Shown in pieces: positions 54,525 to 64,000 of a stretch of 64,000 nucleotides of DNA. The translations under genes were made by a program, and so were the position numbers. The notes under the pieces are model-generated. The model worked only from the letters and a program-made list of their open reading frames with translations. It had not been told where the DNA came from and searched no databases. The stretch's first letter is position 1. Each line of letters opens with the position of its first letter. Source of the DNA: a virus. The stretch covers positions 1 to 64,000 of the IMG/VR virus record IMGVR_UViG_3300006316_000001; one strand, given 5' to 3'.

Positions 54525-55671
54525 AATGCAAACAAAAGGTTTTGACCAAAAGATTATCATCAAGTCCAAGGATGACGCACCGGAAGGTACATTCGTGGCA
54601 TATGGTAATGTGTTTGGCGTGAAAGATAACGCTGGTGACATCACAGTCAAAGGCTGTTTCTCAAACACAATTAAAAAGCATAAGTCTGAAGGCACAATGC
54701 CTCGCTTATTGGCGCAACACGGACATCGTATGATGCCTATTGGTATCATAACTGATATGATTGAAGACGAAAAAGGTCTTCGCTTTGAAGGTCAATTCTG
54801 CCTTGAGACGCAAGCTGGCTCTGAAGCCCACGCTCTTTGTAAGATGGGCGCAATCGATCAGTTTAGTATCGGTTACGTGACACTTGATCAAGAGATGACA
54901 ACTAAAGGTAATCTGTTAAAAGAACTTGACGTTGCTGAAATTTCTCTTGTGACTTTCGCTTGTAATGAACATTCAACATTAGTGGACGTTAAGTCAGCAG
55001 TGGAGAATGAAGAATTGACCCCGCGCCTTCTTCAGAAAGCGATCCGCGATGCATTCGGTCTTTCTAAACGTCAGTCTGAAGCAGCTATTAATGCGATAAA
55101 AGCGACTGAGCGTGAAGAAGTTGAAGAAGAATCCACCGAAGTTAAAGAACTTGGGTTGGACGAAGCGTTCCGCGTCAAAATGTCAGAAGCTCCGGAACTT
55201 ACTAAGTTCTCCGACGGACTTGAAGTCAAGTCCCTTGGCGATAAGTCTTTCCAACAGGTTCTTTCTGGAATCAAATCAGCTCTGGTTGAACCAATCGGTC
55301 ACTGGGATTTCTATCTTGATGATGTATTTGAATCTAAAGGATATGTCGAATTCTGTGACTACCGCGCTCGCAAGTACAAGCATGCTGAGTTCGAATGGAT
55401 GATGGACGACATGGGCGAAGTTCAAGTGACTTCCTTCAAGACTGGCACCAAAGAATACGGCACAACATTTGTTGTTGATGCTGAAGATGGCGTTAAAAAT
55501 AACGTTGACGACATCGAATCTAAACACGAAGATGAAGAAACTGTTGAATCATTAGCAGCGAAACTTCTTGGTGTTGATTTCGAGACCAAAGAAGAATCGG
55601 ATGTTGAAAATAACACAAAAGCCGATGATATTGATCTCGAAACTATTGATCTAACTGAATTGCTCAAGTAA
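54514..55671 (+). CDS. HK97-type prohead protease with long acidic C-terminal extension
   Basis: F.AYGNVF..D..GD....G.F, LL.QH....PIG, FSIGY, EISLVTF..N. Confidence 0.9.
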   Translation: MARKMQTKGFDQKIIIKSKDDAPEGTFVAYGNVFGVKDNAGDITVKGCFSNTIKKHKSEGTMPRLLAQHGHRMMPIGIITDMIEDEKGLRFEGQFCLETQAGSEAHALCKMGAIDQFSIGYVTLDQEMTTKGNLLKELDVAEISLVTFACNEHSTLVDVKSAVENEELTPRLLQKAIRDAFGLSKRQSEAAINAIKATEREEVEEESTEVKELGLDEAFRVKMSEAPELTKFSDGLEVKSLGDKSFQQVLSGIKSALVEPIGHWDFYLDDVFESKGYVEFCDYRARKYKHAEFEWMMDDMGEVQVTSFKTGTKEYGTTFVVDAEDGVKNNVDDIESKHEDEETVESLAAKLLGVDFETKEESDVENNTKADDIDLETIDLTELLK

Positions 55672-55772
55672 GTGGGGGAACCACTTAATTGACGGATGAC
55701 TCTTTGTGGTGGTCCACATAGATAAATCCAAACACATCTTTTATTATAATCCCTCATTTAAGGATACATACA

Positions 55773-57026
55773 ATGTCTGCTATTGAACAAATCAAAGAAG
55801 CTCAAACACTAGCTGTTAAAGAAGCAACGGCTCCACTGAACGAAAAACTAGACCAACAAGAACTTGTCATCAAAGAACAAGGTGAACTGATCACATCACA
55901 AACTGAGCTTCTTGAAGAAGTTAAGCAAACTGTTGCTGATCTTGAATCTAAGCACTCTGATCTGGTTCCTGCTTCTGTGGAAGTGTCTGAAGTTAAATTC
56001 GACCGCAAAGTGCTGAACCAAAAGCTACGTGATCTATTCACTGGCGATAAAGGTGTTGACCTTGCGAATGTTGACACTAAAGCTCTTGCTGTTGGTGGTA
56101 CTGGCGGTGAAGCCCTAGCTATCGATGAAGAACTAGGTCGTCGCGTTATCGAGCGTTCTCGTGAAAACGTTGCAATCCTTGGTCTAATCGGTTCTAAGTC
56201 TGTAAGTTCTGTTAACTATCGTGAGATGGTTCTTCGTAACTATCCTGGTACTGCTAAAGGTATCGAGAACGTTGCTGGTACTGACTGGAATGCGACAGCG
56301 ACACAGACTTACGAACAGGTTGTGATGCAAGTTGCTAAGCAATACGCGAAGCCACAAATCACACACGAAGCTGCACGTGACCCACACATCGACCTAATGG
56401 CGCATCTTGAAACACTACTAGCTGAAGAAATGTCTCGTTACTGGGCTCTTCAAGTTCTATTCGGTGATGGTCGCCCTGATAACCTTCGCGGTATCCTATC
56501 AAGCAAACGCGCATCACTTGGTGCTGGCTCAGAATCTCGTAAAGATGCTGCTGAGCGTGACTTCGACTTCTACAAAGTTGTACCATCAACTGAAGCCGCT
56601 AAACTTGGTTCTGATCATGAAGAGATCATCGACAACATGATTGATCTGACTATCGAAGTTCCAACTCAGTACCTATCTAATTCATCTTACACGATGAACC
56701 GTCGTACTCTGGGTGTTCTTCGTAAGATCAAACAATCTACGGATGGTACTGATCTTCGTCCTCTGATCCAATTCGAAGCTGGTAACTTTACTCTTGTTGG
56801 CTATGGTGTTAACATCGAAGACTACATGCCTGATGTTGCGACTGACTCAATGCCGATCATCTTTGGTGATCTTTCTCGCGCATTCGTTCTTATCGACATC
56901 GATGACGAGTACCTAGTTGACCCATACACCACAGATGGTGTTGTTACGCTGAAGTCTACTTCTCGTAAAGGTGAAATTGTTCAGAACAACGATGCTATCG
57001 TTATTCTGTCGTGTGAAGCAGCATAA
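55773..57026 (+). CDS. major capsid protein (HK97 fold with delta domain)
   Basis: Follows the protease; coiled-coil N-terminus; GDG..N.RGIL, IIFGD, VDPYT; followed by a terminator. Confidence 0.9.
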   Translation: MSAIEQIKEAQTLAVKEATAPLNEKLDQQELVIKEQGELITSQTELLEEVKQTVADLESKHSDLVPASVEVSEVKFDRKVLNQKLRDLFTGDKGVDLANVDTKALAVGGTGGEALAIDEELGRRVIERSRENVAILGLIGSKSVSSVNYREMVLRNYPGTAKGIENVAGTDWNATATQTYEQVVMQVAKQYAKPQITHEAARDPHIDLMAHLETLLAEEMSRYWALQVLFGDGRPDNLRGILSSKRASLGAGSESRKDAAERDFDFYKVVPSTEAAKLGSDHEEIIDNMIDLTIEVPTQYLSNSSYTMNRRTLGVLRKIKQSTDGTDLRPLIQFEAGNFTLVGYGVNIEDYMPDVATDSMPIIFGDLSRAFVLIDIDDEYLVDPYTTDGVVTLKSTSRKGEIVQNNDAIVILSCEAA

Positions 57027-57047
57027 TCTCACTTCATAGTGAAACAC

Positions 57048-57071
57048 GGGAGACCTCGGTCTCCCATTTTT
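57048..57071 (+). terminator. intrinsic terminator after MCP
   Basis: GGGAGAC-CTCG-GTCTCCC-ATTTTT. Confidence 0.8.
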
Positions 57072-57090
57072 AATCTAACATTCTCGGAGA

Positions 57091-57426
57091 ATGAAAATGT
57101 CTAAAACATATGAAGGTACAAATCCGGCTGTCGATCACACGAACGCGGCAACGGTTCCGGCTGGTGTTACTATAGCAGAAAACATTGACTTTGACGGTCA
57201 AGCTCGCGGCATTGATGAAATTGCTGTGCAACTTGACGCCATTTTCGATCATGCTGTAGCTGGCACTATGACAGTCGAACACAAAGCTCAATACGCTAAT
57301 CTGATGCGTCAACTTGGTACAGTTCTACAGAACACTTCAATTGAAGGTTTACGTGGCAAAGCGACTGGCGCGACTCCAGCAGCAGGTTCACTATCCGAAT
57401 CTCTTGCTGTGATCTTTGCTCTGTAA
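57091..57426 (+). CDS. hypothetical virion protein
   Basis: GGAG RBS; lies between two terminators after MCP. Confidence 0.6.
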   Translation: MKMSKTYEGTNPAVDHTNAATVPAGVTIAENIDFDGQARGIDEIAVQLDAIFDHAVAGTMTVEHKAQYANLMRQLGTVLQNTSIEGLRGKATGATPAAGSLSESLAVIFAL

Positions 57427-57451
57427 TTGAGTTTCCTGATTACAAAAAATG

Positions 57452-57489
57452 AAGCCCACTGGTCGCTTAGAGCACTAGTGGGCTTTTTT
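57452..57489 (+). terminator. intrinsic terminator
   Basis: AAGCCCACTGGT...ACTAGTGGGCTT followed by T-run. Confidence 0.8.
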
Positions 57490-57504
57490 GTTTAGGGGGT
57501 TCTG

Positions 57505-58066
57505 ATGAGAACAAAAATAATTTCTGTGGATATGTCGGAAGACATAGTAGGCACAGATGAAGCTATGCAGTCATTCTCGAATTGAGGATGACTACGACAT
57601 TGAGCTTGTTCAAATCCAAGTTGCTGCTGCGACTGATCTGGTTTCAAAATGGTTGAATCGGAAGTTGTTCCCTACTGATATGGTGGGTTCTATACCAACA
57701 TACCGCAAGAAGATTAATCTTCCTTATCCTCCAATACATTCCGTTTCGAAGGTCACTATTGAGGATGACGATGGGAATGAGATGACACTCACAGAAGGCG
57801 TTGATTATGTATTCGACGACATCAGTGAACAAGTTATTTTCCGAGTGATTCCCCCACAGAATACCCGCAATAACGTCAAGGTGCATTTCTCATGCGGCTA
57901 CCAAACCGCTGAAGAAGTTCCTCAAGCTATTAGGCATGCTATCAAACAGACATTCGCCACATTGTACGAGAATCGTGAAGATACCGTTATTGGTGCGTCT
58001 GTGAATGAAGTGCCACTCAAGACTCAACGTCTGATTGGTGCGTATCGTATTAAGGCGATCTCATAA
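57505..58066 (+). CDS. head-tail connector (gp6-like), apparently frameshifted near 57560
   Basis: HSRIE.D.D, AA......L.R.L, VP..I..AI.......YENRE; the RBS-led start at 57505 is out of frame by 1. Confidence 0.8.
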
Positions 58067-58398
58067 TGGCTGTTCGTGCAGGGAGACTGCGCCATAGATT
58101 AGAATTGTGGAAGTTGGCTGGGACAAAAGATAAGTTCGGCTCAATCACCAATGAGAAGGTGCGGGTTGGTACATATTGGTGTAACATTGAAAACACCAAG
58201 AATGAGACTGTTGGGACTGACGTAAGGCAGAACCAGAATAGTATCTCATTCATAACCAGATACAATCGAACATTGGAAACTCCGGACAATAACATGTACG
58301 TGGTATTCAAGGGCGTTGAGTATGACATTAATAGTGTCCTCAATCCAAGATTCTTGAATGAGCGTTTGGTTATAGAATGTGTAGCTAGAGGTAACTGA
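58066..58398 (+). CDS. head closure/head-tail joining protein
   Basis: AGRLRHR..L, D.FG, W..I, F..RY, Y.I.SV. Confidence 0.85.
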   Translation: MAVRAGRLRHRLELWKLAGTKDKFGSITNEKVRVGTYWCNIENTKNETVGTDVRQNQNSISFITRYNRTLETPDNNMYVVFKGVEYDINSVLNPRFLNERLVIECVARGN

Positions 58399-58399
58399 T

Positions 58400-59023
58400 A
58401 TGCCTTTTGAAGTCACGACGTCAGCGATTGGAATCAAAGATACGAACAAAGCCCTAGAGAACATGGCTGATGAACGCGGAAAGAAATGGAAGCGTGATGC
58501 ATTCATGAAATCAGGTTTCGAATCATTCCAACACGCAGTTCGAAAATCGCGCGCTAATGCCCCTGTTGGTGAAACTGGCCTCACTAAGAGAAGCATCACA
58601 TCAACGCGTGGGTATTATAACAAAAGAATTCGAACAACATCTTCTGGAAAGATAACCAAGCGCACAAGGAATGAATATTCAATTTCCACAACCCTTAAGA
58701 ATTCTTTTAATGCGAAAGCGCCTAAGAATCGAAAGGGGCAAGCGGTCAGATATCCATTCATGAATGAAGTTGGCGTTCCGGCTCAAACGTATACCCGTAT
58801 ATCCAAAAACGGAATGCTTCATTCAGTTACCCGAAAAGCTTCCCGAAACCCTTTGTTATTTCAACATAGGGCGTTGGGCACAACAGCAAATAAAGTAGTT
58901 AGTACTTGGAATCGAAAGTTCTCATTCTACCTAGATTTATATGCAAAATCGACCTATGCTACTTTGAGGGGTGCACACAGTGCATTCATTCGAACTGGTG
59001 GTGTTGGTTCTAAATGGAAATAG
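58400..59023 (+). CDS. HK97 gp10-like neck/tail protein
   Basis: NAPV..TG..KRSI motif and position. Confidence 0.65.
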   Translation: MPFEVTTSAIGIKDTNKALENMADERGKKWKRDAFMKSGFESFQHAVRKSRANAPVGETGLTKRSITSTRGYYNKRIRTTSSGKITKRTRNEYSISTTLKNSFNAKAPKNRKGQAVRYPFMNEVGVPAQTYTRISKNGMLHSVTRKASRNPLLFQHRALGTTANKVVSTWNRKFSFYLDLYAKSTYATLRGAHSAFIRTGGVGSKWK

Positions 59024-59027
59024 ACAT

Positions 59028-59411
59028 ATGGCATTGACATTGATACATGATAAGTTTAAAGTGCTTATTGATGGAATTACGGGAGGTGATGCATATCCTG
59101 TATTCATCCCTGAAGAAGCTTCATTTCCGGCATATATGTACTCGTTGGAAACGCTATCCCGCGATATCGAGAGTAACCTTCGTGATACCACAGTATCAGC
59201 TCACGTTTTTGGTGTACATGTTGTCGATAAGACATTCGCTGGTTGTCATGACCGAACGCAAAAACTTTTAGACGGCTTGGATCAGTACACTGAAGGATCT
59301 TCTGGATCTCTTTTGCTGGTTCTTGTTGAGGATGCTCAAGACGGGTTTGACCCTGATCTTGATGCATACACAAAGACACTCGTAGTTTCAGTACGAGTCA
59401 AGGAGATTTAA
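59028..59411 (+). CDS. tail terminator protein
   Basis: YP..IPE...FPA..Y motif; precedes tail tube. Confidence 0.7.
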   Translation: MALTLIHDKFKVLIDGITGGDAYPVFIPEEASFPAYMYSLETLSRDIESNLRDTTVSAHVFGVHVVDKTFAGCHDRTQKLLDGLDQYTEGSSGSLLLVLVEDAQDGFDPDLDAYTKTLVVSVRVKEI

Positions 59412-59412
59412 A

Positions 59413-59907
59413 ATGGCTTTAAAAGACATTTCTCTCGCAAACTTTACCACAGTATCATTCTTCGATCATGACGTTGGTAGTGGTGAGTTTGTTGAGATAG
59501 CAGAAGTGCAATCATTGACGCATCCCACGGATGAGCGAACAATTATTGAAGTTCCCGAGTTTGGAACTGATTATCCAACCAAGCGTGTTGGTTCGAGTTC
59601 AACGGGTAATGCTGAGGTTGTTGTTAACTTCAACCCTGCTGAACCGTCACATATTCGCATGCTCGAAATTTATGAGAAGCGTGCTCTTATGTTGTTCCGA
59701 ATCACAATCAACAGTGATAACGCTGGAACTGACAGTTCATTTTTCGAATTCAATGGACAAGTGGCATCGAAAACATCTTCAGGTGAATTTGACGCGATGA
59801 CTACATTGACATTCTCAATCACAGTTGATGGAAAATTGGGTGAGTGGGATACTCCACTTTCAACCCCTGCTCCAGATCCTGAACTTCCTGACGAAAATGC
59901 TCCATAA
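59413..59907 (+). CDS. tail tube protein, paralog 1
   Basis: EI..V.SL..P..E..IIEV.......K...G....G......NFNP....H; FEF.G.V. Confidence 0.8.
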   Translation: MALKDISLANFTTVSFFDHDVGSGEFVEIAEVQSLTHPTDERTIIEVPEFGTDYPTKRVGSSSTGNAEVVVNFNPAEPSHIRMLEIYEKRALMLFRITINSDNAGTDSSFFEFNGQVASKTSSGEFDAMTTLTFSITVDGKLGEWDTPLSTPAPDPELPDENAP

Positions 59908-59915
59908 GGGGGAAA

Positions 59916-60371
59916 ATGATGGCAGGTTTAACTGACATTTCTATTGGTAACTTTACCAAGGTGTATTACAACACCGGAACAACAGCATCTCCTACATGGG
60001 TTGAGATTGAGCGCATTCAAAGCCTAACGCATCCAACAGATGAAAAGAATATCGTGGAAGTTCCTCGATACGGTAGTATCTACCCTACCAAATTGGCTGG
60101 TTCTGCCTCAACTGGTAATGCTGAGATTGTTGTTAACTTTAATCCTGATAATTCAACACATCAATACTTGCTTGCTTCATACAAAAATGGTAGTTCTGAA
60201 GAATTCAAGATTGAAGTGAATGAAGACATTGACGGTACAAACGGTTCATATTTCCGTTTCGCAGGTCAGGTTGCTTCTAAATCATCATCAGGTGAATTTG
60301 ATTCCATTACCACAATGACATTCTCATTATCTGTGAATGGCGCTATTGGTGATTGGACACCTAACGCTTAA
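59916..60371 (+). CDS. tail tube protein, paralog 2
   Basis: Collinear with paralog 1 (QSLTHPTDE, STGNAE.VVNFNP, GQVASK.SSGEFD). Confidence 0.8.
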   Translation: MMAGLTDISIGNFTKVYYNTGTTASPTWVEIERIQSLTHPTDEKNIVEVPRYGSIYPTKLAGSASTGNAEIVVNFNPDNSTHQYLLASYKNGSSEEFKIEVNEDIDGTNGSYFRFAGQVASKSSSGEFDSITTMTFSLSVNGAIGDWTPNA

Positions 60372-60426
60372 ACTTTGTACATTAACCCAACTTAACCGTT
60401 GGGTTATTTTCGATGAGGAAACCATC

Positions 60427-60723
60427 ATGAGTGATATTCGTGACCGCCTTTTGGCAATCAAAGACAAAATTCATAAAGTGGAAGTTGGCGGTGTTGTCGT
60501 CTACTTTAAGCACCTAAAATCATCAAACGCATCAACCATCATGAAGATGAAGGGCACTGACAGTGACTCGTTAATCTTCACTATGTGCGCTTGTGAAGAA
60601 TCTGGTGAACCATTATTCACATTGGAAGAGATTGACGTTGTCAAAGAACTTCCACAAAATATAGTCAAAGCTGTAGTTACAGGCGCAGTGATGGGCAATG
60701 AAAAAAAGCCGCTCGGAGCCTAA
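60427..60723 (+). CDS. tail assembly chaperone G
   Basis: Position; C.E.GEPLF motif; slippery A AAA AAG at 60702-60708. Confidence 0.75.
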   Translation: MSDIRDRLLAIKDKIHKVEVGGVVVYFKHLKSSNASTIMKMKGTDSDSLIFTMCACEESGEPLFTLEEIDVVKELPQNIVKAVVTGAVMGNEKKPLGA

Positions 60724-61160
60724 TCGAAAACCCCGATAGGAAGTTTATGCTCCAGTTGGCAATAGCTTGGGGTCAACCCCTTGAGTATATTGAGAACTTA
60801 CCCTTTGAGGTTCTATCGGAATTTAAAGCTCTCAATGCATGGAGTCCATTCACTCCTGAACGGCAAGCTCATCAGCTCGGTGCTATAGCATCAATGCTCT
60901 CACATAAGGTCTACAAGAAGGGAAAATCCGCTAGTGAACTTTTCACATATCTTCAAGATGGCGTTCCAAGCTTCATGGAAGATGAGAGGGTCTATAAGGC
61001 TCGTTCTCTAATTCGAAGTGCGGGTGACGCGCCAGCTCATATACGCGAACAACAATTAAAAACAATAAAGACCGCTATTGCAGAAGAATTGGAAATTGAG
61101 AATAACAGCGATGACCCAGACCTGTATGTAATTAGGCAATTGACTAAATTGATTAACTAG
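60708..61160 (+). CDS. tail assembly chaperone T (-1 frameshift extension)
   Basis: The -1 frame is open from the slip site into ORF 60747..61160. Confidence 0.75.
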   Translation, partial: AARSLIENPDRKFMLQLAIAWGQPLEYIENLPFEVLSEFKALNAWSPFTPERQAHQLGAIASMLSHKVYKKGKSASELFTYLQDGVPSFMEDERVYKARSLIRSAGDAPAHIREQQLKTIKTAIAEELEIENNSDDPDLYVIRQLTKLIN

Positions 61161-61170
61161 GAGATCAGAG

Positions 61171-63510
61171 ATGTCCCAAAATCTATCACAGGTCAATATT
61201 GTCCTGAATGCCAATAGTGCTGAGTATGTGAGAAAACTGGCGCAGACTCAGAAGAAAACAAACACTGAACTGAAGAAGATGGAGAAGTCGTACAACAAAC
61301 TTTCTTCAGCTATTAGTCCAGTGACATCCACAGCATTAGCTGCAGGTGCCGCATTACTCAGCGTGGCTGAAAATGCCAGACAAAATGCAGTTGAGTTGGA
61401 ACGGAGCGCCTACGCTGCTGGTTTGACGGTTCCTGAATTTCAGGCAATGTCGCTCGCAGTTAAAACTGTTGGCATCAATACTGAGCAGTTGGGTTCGATT
61501 CTTGGTGACACCGAAGAGAAAGTTGCTGACTTCCTAACATCAGGTGGTGGTGGGTTTTTGGACTTTGTTGAGGTCATGGGTTTCACAAAAGAAGAAGCTC
61601 GTGAAGTTGCCAAAGAACTCCAAGGTCTTTCCGGACGAGACGTTTTAGTTGAGATGACTCGGCGAATGGAAGAGGCTGGCGTATCTGGTGAGAAAATGAA
61701 TTTAGCCCTAGAGGGTATGGCTTCAGATTCCCGCCACCTAATTCCGCTATTACGAGATAATGGTAGAGAATTGGAAACCATGGAAAAGCGCATGGGGTCT
61801 TTGGCTACAACTCTTGAAGAAGAGACTGTTGATGAACTGAACAAACTGGCGACTGTTACGACCATTGTTGCTAATAACATGTCCAACACACTAGCTACCG
61901 CGCTTGTTTCTGTTTCAGATTACTTGCTTGAAGCTGGTGAGAATGCTGCATTCTTTTGGGCTAGTCTACAGACAGGAACTTCGCAACAAGTTCTTTCTGA
62001 TATGGCAACTGTTTCTGACCAAATGAATGCAATCAAACGCGAGATTGGTGAACTTGAGGATGGTAATACATTTGCCAACTTCATAGGTCAGGGTGACGAA
62101 CAGATAGAAAAGCGTTTGGACCGTCTTGCTGAACTTGAGGTTGAGTATAAGAAATTGTCCGACCAGTACAAGTCACTCCAAGGTCTGGAAGTTCCTGAGC
62201 TACCTAGTGGTACAATTGAGGTCGACACTGTCATCAATCCACCGGAGCCTAAAACTCAATTCGATAAAGACCTTGAGAAAAAGGCTGGTGATATATCTAT
62301 GTCCAGCGGTTCATTACTTGGAGCGATCTCTCAAGAAGAAATCGAAGCCAGTAATAAACTCATGGAAGAAGAGATGAAGAAGTTGCAACAATACTCTTCT
62401 GACCTCAAAGATCTTTCTAATGAAAATGCGTTGAATCGAGCACTGATGGGTGGAAACCCTGATGAGATTCTTTCAGCGAAGAATGACCTTCTCAATAGCT
62501 CAATGCAACAAGAGATTGATTCTCTTGATAAGAGCCTGATGACCACTGAGCAGTATGAGGCTAATAAATCTGCCATTGAAGAGAAGTATCGCATACAACG
62601 TTCAGAACTGGCTCAAAGGGATAGTGATGAGCGTATGACGATCATGGAAGAAGAGATCCTGAAAATGGAACAATACTCTTCTGACCTTCAAGCGTTGACT
62701 CAGCAAAATGACCTTTCGCGTGCCATTATAGGTGGTAATCCTGAAGAGATTATTGCTGCCAAGGATGCTCTTCTTGAAACCTCAATGCAACAAGAGATTG
62801 ATTCTCTTGACCAGAGACTGATGACTACTGAACAGTTTGAAGCCAATAAAGCTGCCATTGAAGATAAGTACCGTCTGGCGAAACAGCAAGCTGATAAAGA
62901 TGCTGCTCAAAAGAAACATGATTTGGACAAAGCTTATCAGGACATGGAACTCACGGTTGCTAAGACTACCGTTGATAGTCTGGGGCAGATCAATAGCATC
63001 ATGGGTGAAGATAACCAAGTTCTCAATGCTGCTTTATTCGCGGCACAACAAGTTCTGGCAATCGCTCAGGTTACTATAGATACACAACGCGCTAGTATGG
63101 CGGCATTGGCCATTGACCCGACGGGTTTACTTTCAGCCAAAGCAGAGATGCAAGGTTCTATTGCGTTGGGTATAATTGGTGCGACATCTGTTGCTAAAGC
63201 AGCATCAGGTCAATTCCACGGTGGTATTGATGAACTTCCACAATCAATGGACAACAAATCATTTATGTTGAAAGCTGGTGAGCGTGTTGTTCAACCAAAA
63301 GCCAATGAAGAGTTGACTGAGTTCTTAGGTGCGCAGAAAGAGAATGGCTACCAGTCTGGTGGTCAACAAGTCATAAACGCACCACTGACCATTAATGGTT
63401 CAGTTACAGACGAAGCTTGGTTCAACAAAAAGCTTGTACAGCACCGCAACACAATAGCGGCTTCTGTTAAGAAAGTTGAGAAAGAGCGACCAAATAAATC
63501 TAGACGATAA
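61171..63510 (+). CDS. tape measure protein
   Basis: Long helical protein after the chaperones; I.L.AN...Y N-terminus; GQFHGG..GERVV. Confidence 0.9.
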   Translation: MSQNLSQVNIVLNANSAEYVRKLAQTQKKTNTELKKMEKSYNKLSSAISPVTSTALAAGAALLSVAENARQNAVELERSAYAAGLTVPEFQAMSLAVKTVGINTEQLGSILGDTEEKVADFLTSGGGGFLDFVEVMGFTKEEAREVAKELQGLSGRDVLVEMTRRMEEAGVSGEKMNLALEGMASDSRHLIPLLRDNGRELETMEKRMGSLATTLEEETVDELNKLATVTTIVANNMSNTLATALVSVSDYLLEAGENAAFFWASLQTGTSQQVLSDMATVSDQMNAIKREIGELEDGNTFANFIGQGDEQIEKRLDRLAELEVEYKKLSDQYKSLQGLEVPELPSGTIEVDTVINPPEPKTQFDKDLEKKAGDISMSSGSLLGAISQEEIEASNKLMEEEMKKLQQYSSDLKDLSNENALNRALMGGNPDEILSAKNDLLNSSMQQEIDSLDKSLMTTEQYEANKSAIEEKYRIQRSELAQRDSDERMTIMEEEILKMEQYSSDLQALTQQNDLSRAIIGGNPEEIIAAKDALLETSMQQEIDSLDQRLMTTEQFEANKAAIEDKYRLAKQQADKDAAQKKHDLDKAYQDMELTVAKTTVDSLGQINSIMGEDNQVLNAALFAAQQVLAIAQVTIDTQRASMAALAIDPTGLLSAKAEMQGSIALGIIGATSVAKAASGQFHGGIDELPQSMDNKSFMLKAGERVVQPKANEELTEFLGAQKENGYQSGGQQVINAPLTINGSVTDEAWFNKKLVQHRNTIAASVKKVEKERPNKSRR

Positions 63511-63530
63511 TATCTCCAAAGGAGGAGACT

Positions 63531-64000
63531 ATGGCTGATAATACACTTCCAGACAATCTGGTTTTCTCCGATGTTGTTTTGGACATTTTTATTCCGACTT
63601 TCACATCAGAAAGTTTGAGTCTGAAGAAAAGCAGTAAGCACCGTGGATTGCACAAATTGTCGGGATCAATCGATGTTACGATAGGCGGCTTAGACGAACA
63701 GCGAGCGTACATTGCATTCATCAATAAATGTCGTGGACAAAGCGCAACGTTCGAACTTGATTTGCCGTTACACTTTAGTAACGATGGTATTGTCGGTGTC
63801 GTCCAAACAACAGCATCATCGGGAGTTGGTGCTGTTGAACTTCAATTGGGTGCAACATTTTCCGGCTTTATACGAGCGGGTTCCATGTTCACTATTCTGA
63901 ACGACGATAAGACGTATGTTGTGGAAGAAGATGTTTTGGCTGGTGGAATAATGAAGTTCTTCCCTGCCATGCGCCTAGCTCATCCAACTGGCACTGTTAT
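63531..64000 (+). CDS. probable distal tail protein (runs off window)
   Basis: GGAGG RBS, MADNTLPDNL... open to the window end, follows TMP. Confidence 0.55.
   Translation, partial: MADNTLPDNLVFSDVVLDIFIPTFTSESLSLKKSSKHRGLHKLSGSIDVTIGGLDEQRAYIAFINKCRGQSATFELDLPLHFSNDGIVGVVQTTASSGVGAVELQLGATFSGFIRAGSMFTILNDDKTYVVEEDVLAGGIMKFFPAMRLAHPTGTV

Overview
Part of a dsDNA tailed-phage genome; no integrase or repressor is seen in the window. The host is probably a marine gammaproteobacterium, which is a weak inference from gene style. Positions 1-45.9 kb are almost all on the minus strand. They carry a T4-type replication/recombination set (dda, uvsY, uvsW, 45, rnh, 32, 59, 43, 62, 44, 41, uvsX) with an AEP-like primase and no gp61 in the window, plus nrdAB and PIN-PhoH. 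They also carry a 5-hydroxymethyluracil/thymidine-hypermodification set, an intact T7-like single-subunit RNA polymerase, a sigma70-family factor and about 40 small accessory genes (SspB-like, OMP beta-barrel, ART-like, NADAR-like, DUF4326, HAD, Imm-like). This arm is punctuated by 12 copies of a sigma70-type promoter + 5' stem-loop + RBS cassette. From 46.3 kb the plus strand carries a stand-alone second capsid paralog, EndoVII, two tRNAs flanking structured non-coding RNA, HNH, TerL, an HK97-type portal/protease/capsid, and a siphovirus tail with two tandem tail-tube paralogs, a -1 frameshift chaperone and a tape measure. An exact 20-mer (CAATAGAAGGCTAATAGGAA) occurs three times, before the RNAP operon and before both late units, and is the likely phage-RNAP promoter. 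A cos-like non-coding region lies at about 41.6-42.4 kb. All protein calls are by-eye motif recognition, not database searches.
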